In this document: one piece after another, positions 45,707 to 53,344 of the stretch
Layout: every line of letters starts with the position of its first letter
Numbering within the stretch: the stretch's first letter is position 1
Source: a virus
Taxonomy: Duplodnaviria; Caudoviricetes
DNA: 64,000 nt
IMG/VR virus record: IMGVR_UViG_3300037455_000462
Coordinates: 32,001 to 96,000 of that record
Direction: 5' to 3' (one strand)
Made by a program: the position numbers and the translations under genes
Notes under the pieces: generated by a model
What the model was told of the DNA's origin: nothing
Databases searched by the model: none
The model's input: only the letters and a program-made list of their open reading frames with translations

Positions 45707-47701
45707 CTATTTCGATGTGACGCTGAATTTGAGTTTGTTGTTTTTCTTGTCAACGCCGACACTCACCTTGTTCTTGCCATCGCCGTCATTGATAATCAAG
45801 TCGGTTATCTCATCGGATATGTCGTGTTGGATTGAGCGTATCAATGCCCTCGCGCCCATTTTCTCCTCCGCAGACTTCTTCACAATGAACGTCTTTGCTT
45901 CGCCGCTGATGGAAAGTGAATATCCGAGGTCGGAAAGCGACTGTCTGACTTCCTCGATTTCGTTGTTGAAAATCTTTTCGAGTTCGGACTCTCCGAGTTC
46001 GTTGAAATAGCAGATGCTGTCGATTCTGTTCAAAAACTCTGGTGAGAAAATCTTGTTCACCGTTTTCTCTATGATTTTCTTTCGGTTTTCCTCGTTCCGT
46101 CTTTCCAAGTCGTCCTTTTCCGATGCAAAACCTATGACACCGCCTGCGTTTTTAGCCTCCTTGACACCCGCGTTGCTTGTGAGTATGATGATGGTGTTGA
46201 CGGCTGAATGCTTCACGCCGTTGGCATCCGTTATGTAGCCTTCGTCAAGCAGTTGGAGTATCGTGTTGAAAATGGACGGATGCGCCTTTTCGATTTCGTC
46301 AAAAAGGATGACAGAATAGGGGTTGTTCTTGATTGCGTTGCAGAGAACACCGCCCTCGCCGTAGCCTACGTAGCCAGGGGGCGCACCAATGAGTTTGTTC
46401 ACGCTTATTTCATCGGAATACTCGCTCATATCAAGGCGAACCATAGAATCCTCCGAACCGAAAAGATACTCGGAGAGTTTCTTCGCGAGGAACGTCTTGC
46501 CGACACCCGTAGAGCCGAGGAATATGAAATTGCCTACCGTGTGGTTTTTCTTGCGGATTCCGAGTCTGTTTCTCTTGACGGTCTTGCAGACCATAGACAC
46601 AGCCTCATCCTGCCCGATGACCTTTTTCGATATGTCGCTCTCCATATTCTTCATCCTCGCCATATCGCTTTCCGTGAGTTTGGCAACGGGAACTCCCGCC
46701 ATATCGCTGATTGCGGAAAACACGTCCTCGTCCGTTATCACGTTGTCGGTCTGCGACTTGAACGCCATAGAACTCAAATCGTTGATTGAGCATTCAAGGT
46801 CGGAAGCCTCCTCGTTCAGTTTCAGAATCCGAAGCATACTGTCCTTTATGCTGCCGTCATTGTGGTTGACGGCATCCTTAATCTCGTTTTTCTTATCCTC
46901 AAGTTGGGAAGCCCGTTTCGCGATGTGCGAGTCTGGCGTATGCACCCTATTGGCGTGCCTTGCGTAAATATGCTCCATAACAAGCACAGCCTTTTTCGGC
47001 ATTTGGAAACCGTTTTTGACATACTTGTCGGAGAGGGCGACAATCTTGTCGGTTGTCTGCTCGTCCATAACGGTTCTGAAATACTGATTGTAGTGCGAGA
47101 TTTTCTTGTGGAGGATTTCCTTCGTGTTCTCGATGGACTGCGGCTTGACATTGATTCTCGTGAAGTGGCGGAGAAGGTCGTACTTGTTCTCTATGCTCTT
47201 GAGTTCGTTGTTGTTGCAGCAGCAAATGACCTTGACACCGTATTTTATGGCACGCTCGATATGCTGCCATATCATAAGGTTCACAACATTGTCGTTGATT
47301 ATGGAGGCTATGTTGTCGATGAACAGAACACGCTTGTCGTGTTTGTCCATAATGTACTCGAACACGCTGTTAAGCCGTTCCTCGTAGTCGGAAACCTTCT
47401 GTATGCCATCGGTGAGGCGCAACTGAATGAGTTCCCATATCTTCATATTGTAGAACGGCATAGGTGATTTGTATGTGTCGGCGAGATATTGTATGTGCTT
47501 CACAAGGGAAGTCTTGCCAACGCCGTTTGCGCCCGTGATTATGACGTTGTTCTGCGGTATCAGCAGAGCGTCAAATACACGTCTCGCATAGTCCTCGAAA
47601 AAAAGTGATTCAACGCCTTCGACCTTATCGAGGCATTGGTTTTCTGGTTTCGTGTCCCCGTAAATCTTAACGGGTTCGCCTTTCGGCATATCAATCTTCA
47701 T
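45707..47701 (-). CDS. clpB: ClpA/ClpB-family AAA+ chaperone lacking the N-domain
   Basis: GANGVGKT; VIGQDEAV, GSTGVGKT, RLDMSEY, GAPPGYVGY, LFDEIEKAH, PEFLNRID, GAR. Confidence 0.88.
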   Translation of the reverse strand: MKIDMPKGEPVKIYGDTKPENQCLDKVEGVESLFFEDYARRVFDALLIPQNNVIITGANGVGKTSLVKHIQYLADTYKSPMPFYNMKIWELIQLRLTDGIQKVSDYEERLNSVFEYIMDKHDKRVLFIDNIASIINDNVVNLMIWQHIERAIKYGVKVICCCNNNELKSIENKYDLLRHFTRINVKPQSIENTKEILHKKISHYNQYFRTVMDEQTTDKIVALSDKYVKNGFQMPKKAVLVMEHIYARHANRVHTPDSHIAKRASQLEDKKNEIKDAVNHNDGSIKDSMLRILKLNEEASDLECSINDLSSMAFKSQTDNVITDEDVFSAISDMAGVPVAKLTESDMARMKNMESDISKKVIGQDEAVSMVCKTVKRNRLGIRKKNHTVGNFIFLGSTGVGKTFLAKKLSEYLFGSEDSMVRLDMSEYSDEISVNKLIGAPPGYVGYGEGGVLCNAIKNNPYSVILFDEIEKAHPSIFNTILQLLDEGYITDANGVKHSAVNTIIILTSNAGVKEAKNAGGVIGFASEKDDLERRNEENRKKIIEKTVNKIFSPEFLNRIDSICYFNELGESELEKIFNNEIEEVRQSLSDLGYSLSISGEAKTFIVKKSAEEKMGARALIRSIQHDISDEITDLIINDGDGKNKVSVGVDKKNNKLKFSVTSK

Positions 47702-47740
47702 TGTAAGAAAGTTTAGAACAACAATTGTGCGTTTTGAATA

Positions 47741-47752
47741 ATATAATAAAAA
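47741..47752 (-). promoter_or_regulatory. phage promoter-like motif TTTTTATTATAT
   Basis: Exact copy preceded by TTCGGATT. Confidence 0.6.
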
Positions 47753-47776
47753 AATCCGAAAAATGCAAACAACGGG

Positions 47777-47932
47777 TTATTCGCCGTTGTTTTCCTTTTT
47801 TGAATCCTCCCACAATTTCTTCAGCATATCAAGTTTGCGCTTCCTTTCCTCCTCGCGCTCCTTGTTTGTTTTCTTTTTCGGTTTGAGATTTAAATTCCTA
47901 ATTCTCTGCCTTCCGCAGTTGCATCCTCCCAT
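47777..47932 (-). CDS. small basic protein MGGCNCG... (51 aa, absent from the ORF track)
   Basis: Translated by hand: MGGCNCGRQRIRNLNLKPKKKTNKEREEERKRKLDMLKKLWEDSKKENNGE; fills the gap after the 713-aa gene. Confidence 0.6.
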   Translation of the reverse strand: MGGCNCGRQRIRNLNLKPKKKTNKEREEERKRKLDMLKKLWEDSKKENNGE

Positions 47933-47940
47933 AACAATTA

Positions 47941-50082
47941 TTATCTTAAAATATCATAAACGAAAGCATCGCCCGTGAGCGTTTGGTTGACGCAGACAAC
48001 CTCTATGATTGGTCTGTCGTTTATCTCCGATGCGGGTATGACAACACCGCATCCGTATGCACCGTTGTCGCCTTTGTTCAAGGCATCGGTCTTAATCACT
48101 ATGTTATGCCCGTGCAACTCGTTCACCGTCATATTGTCGAACACAATGCGGACAGTCTGCCCGTTGCACCAAGAAACGAATGTGTCGTCAATGTAGAACA
48201 CTATGTCGTATGCGGCGGGGGTGTTCTGCACAACGTACATCCTCACCATATTGGTAGCCTCCATAAGTCTGAACCTAACGTTGTTGTTCTCTCTGTCCTG
48301 CTCGTTCAGACTCATATAATGCTCCGACTGCGAATCGATGACACCCGAATCGCACACAACAGTCGGCAGGTTGTAGCCGTTGTTCTTTGTCTTGATGGTT
48401 ATCTCATTCGGAACGCTGCTGTCGATGTCAACGCCGTAGCCCTTGTGAATGATGTCGGTGTTGTATTGAAGTCTGTCGGTAAGCCTGCCCCTAACGATTG
48501 AATTGATGTCATCACTGTTCTTGGCAATCAAGTCGATGAGCGTGTTTCTGTCGGCAAACGCGAGGTTGGCATTCTCAACGCTCCTTTCGAGGTCAAGAAC
48601 CTTGGCGACAATGGAATTGTAGTTCGTCATAAACAGAAGCACGTTCTCCAAGTCGGTCAGCCTCTCGTTCATAGAATTCACGCTGTGGTTCATTCTCATA
48701 AACATATCCGCTGATTGCAGCATACGGGTCATAGCATCGCTGAACAGACTCATTGAGAATGTGTTGTACTCGTTCACCAATGTGGTGATGCCCTGCTTGT
48801 TCGGCTCGATGTCGATACGCAGGTTCAGTTTGAAACCGTAACTGTTTCCGTTCTGAACACCGTTCAGCGGTTTGTATTTCGGGTATCTTTGAAAATAGTC
48901 CCAAATAGTAGTTGACTTCACATCGTCAAGGAACAGTATGCCGTAGAGGTTTGATGTTTTCTTGCCCGAACTTCTGTCAACAATGTTGTAATAGACAAGG
49001 ACGGTGTTGAACTCGAAACTGTCGCTCAATGCAGACTTGTTGTAGTCGTCCATAGTAACCATAGCACCCTCGACTATCTCCTTGTACGAGTTAGCCTCAA
49101 AGTCTATGCACATACCGTCAATGTCGGTCTTGTACAGAAATGCGTTTGCGTTATCGTGCGTCATCGGGGTCACATCGTCACCTTGGGATATGTTGTATGT
49201 GCCTTGACCGTCATATAATGCGCCATAAGTCAAGCCTGCGTCATCCGTTGCATAATGCTCGTCAAATGACGGGTTCTCGTCCGTCTGACCGAGAATCCAA
49301 GCGTCACTCGCATTGACATTGTAGGTATTATGGACAGAGCCTTCCTCGAAGTTGCCGTCAAACTCCTGCTTGAAAAGAACGTGGGGGGTGTTGCCCGCCT
49401 CGCTCGGTATATGCACATAGACCTCGGTGTAAGCCTCCTGCTCGATATCAACATTGTTCGTTATGTCAATCTGACCTATGTATTTCACAACAGACTTGTA
49501 TCCACCGATTATTCCCAATTCGGCGTTACTGTCAAATTGTATCGAATCACCGCCCTCGACAAACCTTTTCTCATTATGGTCTAATATGGACTGCGCTGTA
49601 TAGTTGTCGCCATTCTCCCAATTGACAGCACCCATCTCCTTCAAGAAATGCCAAAAGACACGTTCCGCCACTGAACGGTCTGTGTCATTATCGTTGCCTT
49701 CCGATATGAGAAGTTCCTCCATATTGAAAAGATAGTCCTGCATAAGTTCGGCGAACCTAACGGCGGACTTGGTTTGCACGCCTTGGCTACATCTTGTATT
49801 CATTCCATCAAAACCAAGTAACTGCAAATAATTCTGATAATAGTTACTTAAAGATTGTGAACGGGCATAAGAACTGCTATCGCCTTGATAACCCGCATCG
49901 GGTGATGTGTTTCTATTGGGATTTATAATGTCGGGCAAATCCAAACACACGAAATGTGAGAACACGAAATCCTTGTCATTATTGGCAAGACACTTTGACA
50001 AATCCCTTGCGGCACTTGAGAATGTGTAGAACGTTGTTCCGTTTGGATTGAGTTTCTTTATGACGGGTGTAAATGCTGACAT
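47941..50082 (-). CDS. putative virion structural protein
   Basis: 713 aa, late promoter, coiled-coil segment and beta-rich C-terminus. Confidence 0.6.
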   Translation of the reverse strand: MSAFTPVIKKLNPNGTTFYTFSSAARDLSKCLANNDKDFVFSHFVCLDLPDIINPNRNTSPDAGYQGDSSSYARSQSLSNYYQNYLQLLGFDGMNTRCSQGVQTKSAVRFAELMQDYLFNMEELLISEGNDNDTDRSVAERVFWHFLKEMGAVNWENGDNYTAQSILDHNEKRFVEGGDSIQFDSNAELGIIGGYKSVVKYIGQIDITNNVDIEQEAYTEVYVHIPSEAGNTPHVLFKQEFDGNFEEGSVHNTYNVNASDAWILGQTDENPSFDEHYATDDAGLTYGALYDGQGTYNISQGDDVTPMTHDNANAFLYKTDIDGMCIDFEANSYKEIVEGAMVTMDDYNKSALSDSFEFNTVLVYYNIVDRSSGKKTSNLYGILFLDDVKSTTIWDYFQRYPKYKPLNGVQNGNSYGFKLNLRIDIEPNKQGITTLVNEYNTFSMSLFSDAMTRMLQSADMFMRMNHSVNSMNERLTDLENVLLFMTNYNSIVAKVLDLERSVENANLAFADRNTLIDLIAKNSDDINSIVRGRLTDRLQYNTDIIHKGYGVDIDSSVPNEITIKTKNNGYNLPTVVCDSGVIDSQSEHYMSLNEQDRENNNVRFRLMEATNMVRMYVVQNTPAAYDIVFYIDDTFVSWCNGQTVRIVFDNMTVNELHGHNIVIKTDALNKGDNGAYGCGVVIPASEINDRPIIEVVCVNQTLTGDAFVYDILR

Positions 50083-50141
50083 AGTGTTTTATTTTTATCG
50101 TTGTAAAATTTATATCCGTAAAAAATACAAATCGTTGTTAT

Positions 50142-50149
50142 TATTTATA
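50142..50149 (-). promoter_or_regulatory. late promoter TATAAATA
   Basis: Exact match about 60 nt upstream of the ATG at 50082. Confidence 0.55.
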
Positions 50150-50350
50150 TCTTATCCGTTTTTCGGACAAACAAAACCAAAATCGCGGAAAAACCAAAAA
50201 ATCAAAAAAATCGCGCCCGCTTCAGCACTTTAAAAACGCGCACACTTTACCTATAATTACAGATTTGGTAAAAACCTTATAAATGATTATATACCAAGCA
50301 TATATCATTTGAATAAAAAAATTTTGCCATACATAACCAAATATTATGGT

Positions 50351-50454
50351 TTTTTATTATATTATGATACCCCGAAACACATCGGTTGTTGATAACTTTG
50401 TTGATAACTTTTTCAGAAAAACGTGTCGGGTGTATAAAATATTTTGTATTTTTG
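50351..50454 (+). promoter_or_regulatory. tandem promoters: TTTTTATTATAT (50351-50362), two TGTTGATAAC boxes, host-type TATTTTTGC (50447)
   Basis: Direct motif matches upstream of the exonuclease gene. Confidence 0.6.
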
Positions 50455-50496
50455 CAGCGTGATTGAATGAAAAAATAACCATTAAAAATAGCGATT

Positions 50497-51255
50497 ATGA
50501 AGAGCAACAACAAGCACATTGTATTCTTTGACCTTGAAACAACGGGTCTTGACAAGGAAAAGGACAGAATCGTCCAAATCGGTATGCGCAAGATGGACTA
50601 CGAGGGCAACGCGATTTCGACATTCGATATGAAGTTCAACCCCTGCGGGGTGCAGTCAACGCCAGAGGCTTTGGAAAAGCACGGGCTGACCGATGAGTTT
50701 CTCAAGACGCAGCCTACATTCGCCGAATACGCCGACCATATCATCCGCTATTTGGACGGCTGCGACCTCGGCGGTCACAACTGCATCAAGTTCGACATCC
50801 CGTTCCTTATGATGGAGTTCGAGCGTTGCGGCAAGTTGTTCACCATCGAGAAGCGCAGAATCATCGACACCCGCCTGCTCTATATGCAGTTCAACGCGAA
50901 GGTTCTCGTTGATATGTATCGCGAGTATTGCGGCGAGCCTGCCTGCAATCCGCACGATGCTATGTGCGACACGCTTATGTGCTGCGGTCTGTACGAAGCC
51001 CTTGTGGAGAAACACGGAATCTCGATGGATGACGTTGACGACATCTGCGGCAACAACACCCGTATAGACATTGACGGTTTCTTCGTCTTGAACGATGACG
51101 GCAAAGTCTGTCTCGGCAAAGGCAAATACAAGGGTATGCCCATCGAGAAGGCTGACCCTTCATATTTCGAGTGGATGTTCAACAACAAGGGCATACCCGA
51201 AGAAACGAGGAATCTCGCGGCACGATGCCACAAATACATAATGCGCCGCAAATAG
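50497..51255 (+). CDS. DEDDh 3'-5' exonuclease (DnaQ/epsilon-like)
   Basis: FDLETTG, GHN...FD, HDA..D, C-terminal GKYKG. Confidence 0.9.
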   Translation: MKSNNKHIVFFDLETTGLDKEKDRIVQIGMRKMDYEGNAISTFDMKFNPCGVQSTPEALEKHGLTDEFLKTQPTFAEYADHIIRYLDGCDLGGHNCIKFDIPFLMMEFERCGKLFTIEKRRIIDTRLLYMQFNAKVLVDMYREYCGEPACNPHDAMCDTLMCCGLYEALVEKHGISMDDVDDICGNNTRIDIDGFFVLNDDGKVCLGKGKYKGMPIEKADPSYFEWMFNNKGIPEETRNLAARCHKYIMRRK

Positions 51256-51288
51256 CGGTGGGCGTTTTTGTTCTTTTTCATATTGATA

Positions 51289-51317
51289 GGGCGGATGCAG
51301 AAGCACCCGCCCTTTTT
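51289..51317 (+). terminator. intrinsic terminator
   Basis: GGGCGGATGC-AGAA-GCACCCGCCC-TTTTT. Confidence 0.7.
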
Positions 51318-51370
51318 ATATATCGCGCATATATGAAGAAACCGCACTGCCTCGCAATGCGGTATCCTTG

Positions 51371-52486
51371 TTATGAGTTTGTCGTCAGTATCACATAGTG
51401 GTCGATGTACTTCATTGTTGTCTTGACAACTTTGTCGTAGGTCAGCCGTTCAAGTGAAGGCGGCATTTTCATACCGCTGATGTTGGTGAACCTCATCGGG
51501 TTCTCGTACAGAACGGCATCGTTCATTTCGCGTCTGATTTGCAGGCTTGACATAACGGTTTCGTAGCGTTCCTTTGTGAGAAGGTTTTTCGCGTCCGCTA
51601 TGAGTTCCTCCATACGTCCTTTGAGTTTGTTTGTGTTCACAGAATCCGTGCAGGCTGTGATATAGACCACGCCGCTGTCGTGTTTTGCCATAACGCCGCC
51701 GCATACATAGTAGGTCAGACCGAGTTTCTCGCGGAGTTCGACATAGAATGGGGATTCGAGACCGTTTGTCAGCATATCTATGCCTACTTGCAGGAACGGG
51801 TAGTCGGATTTGTTCACCCTTTTCTTCGAGAACAAGAACACGGGTGTTTTGTCATCGGACGCGATTTCAACGGGTTCTATTCCGCTGCGCTTTCCGAATT
51901 TGTATGGGGCTTCGTCTTTGTCGATGCTGCGGTATTCCGCTTTGTCAAAGAACTCCGTTCTCTTTCTGCCGACTTCGACCACGCGGGCTGCTTTGGTGAA
52001 GCGTTCAGCGTAAACGCGATTCATATCCTCGTATGTGAAGTTCTCAATATCGGATTTCTTTCCGATTGTCATATATTCACCCCACCATTTGCGCATAACT
52101 TGCAGCCAACTTGCTCTGTCGGAGTCGAATATGTTGTCCATATATTCTTGCAGGACTACGTTGCGCTCGTTGATGAAATCTTCATCGGTCACACAATCCA
52201 AACCGCCCGTCAGACGCTTGTAGAGTTCGGTTTTCAGTTCGTTTGTAAGATATTTGTCGAGACCCGTGAAATACACGACAACGCTTTCTGTCGATGTGTA
52301 TGCGTTCCAATTGATACCGAGTTTCGACAGTTTGTCGTACATATCCTTGAACGTCTTGCAGATTAAGTGTTCCATAAGGTGCATTGTTCCCTGCTGACCT
52401 TCTTTTTCGATTCTTGAGCCTGCATCAAAAACAATATGCAGGGTAGTCATTTTCAGACTTTTCTTTTTGAAAATGTAGTTTTTCAT
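51371..52486 (-). CDS. M16 family (insulinase-like) zinc peptidase
   Basis: HLMEH (HxxEH), NAYTS, ERNVVLQE, LREKLGLTY. Confidence 0.88.
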   Translation of the reverse strand: MKNYIFKKKSLKMTTLHIVFDAGSRIEKEGQQGTMHLMEHLICKTFKDMYDKLSKLGINWNAYTSTESVVVYFTGLDKYLTNELKTELYKRLTGGLDCVTDEDFINERNVVLQEYMDNIFDSDRASWLQVMRKWWGEYMTIGKKSDIENFTYEDMNRVYAERFTKAARVVEVGRKRTEFFDKAEYRSIDKDEAPYKFGKRSGIEPVEIASDDKTPVFLFSKKRVNKSDYPFLQVGIDMLTNGLESPFYVELREKLGLTYYVCGGVMAKHDSGVVYITACTDSVNTNKLKGRMEELIADAKNLLTKERYETVMSSLQIRREMNDAVLYENPMRFTNISGMKMPPSLERLTYDKVVKTTMKYIDHYVILTTNS

Positions 52487-52527
52487 CTATGAATGGATTT
52501 AAGTGGTTTGTAATATATGTATAACTC

Positions 52528-53271
52528 TTATCTTTTCAGCGACATATTGAGCGGGGGCTTTATTTCGCCCATAACCGTTTTCGGCAGGTTCGCCGATTCA
52601 TCTGAAGGCAGGCTGACGCAGCCTTCCATATTGAGGTCGCCTCCCACGTATTTTGGTGCGCCTTTCAGCGAAACGAGGTTTTCGCAGTCGAACAAGTCGA
52701 AGTCGCCCCCTATTCGTGACGGTGCGCCATCGATTGTTTTCAGATTATGGCAATGCGCACATTCCAAATATCCGTGGATTATCTTCGGTGCGCCCTTCAG
52801 TGACGTTATGCCGCTTGAACTGACAATGAGGTTGCCGACCTCATTCGGCATACCTTCAAGCGATGTCAATTTCGTGCATCCGTAGCAGTTGAACAGACCG
52901 TCAACGAATTTCGGAGCGTGTTCGAGTGATTCAAGGCTTGTGCAGTCGTGGCATTCGAAAGACAACGCGGATATGGGCGCACCTTCGAGGGTTTTCAGTT
53001 TCGTGCAGTAATTGCAGTCGAATTTGCCTTCTATCGTCCCGAATTTGAGCGGCAGTTTTCCATCGACCAAATCATCGTTCCTTACAGTCACCCTCTGTTT
53101 TGAATCGTAGCGTCTCGTTCCGATGTTGTATTTCAGATTGTAAATACGGATGAACTTTTTCGTTTTTTCATCGTGTTCTGGCTCATTGCCCATCTCGTCC
53201 AATGTCTTTTTCGATATGGGCTTTATGTCGAGTTTCTCGTTTACGAATTCAGAACTGTTCAGTATTTCCAT
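52528..53271 (-). CDS. leucine-rich repeat protein (LxSLEGxP repeats) with N-terminal tag
   Basis: FVNE|KLDIKPISKKTL; about seven L[KT][ST]L[EK]G[AM]P repeats. Confidence 0.8.
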   Translation of the reverse strand: MEILNSSEFVNEKLDIKPISKKTLDEMGNEPEHDEKTKKFIRIYNLKYNIGTRRYDSKQRVTVRNDDLVDGKLPLKFGTIEGKFDCNYCTKLKTLEGAPISALSFECHDCTSLESLEHAPKFVDGLFNCYGCTKLTSLEGMPNEVGNLIVSSSGITSLKGAPKIIHGYLECAHCHNLKTIDGAPSRIGGDFDLFDCENLVSLKGAPKYVGGDLNMEGCVSLPSDESANLPKTVMGEIKPPLNMSLKR

Positions 53272-53286
53272 AATTCAGTGTTTTTG

Positions 53287-53320
53287 TATTTATATGTATG
53301 TTGTTTCGCCCATATAAATA
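53287..53320. promoter_or_regulatory. back-to-back divergent late promoters TATAAATA (- at 53287-53294, + at 53313-53320)
   Basis: Exact matches serving the LRR gene and the tape measure gene. Confidence 0.7.
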
Positions 53321-53344
53321 TAAAGATATATTGTTCATAAAGAT

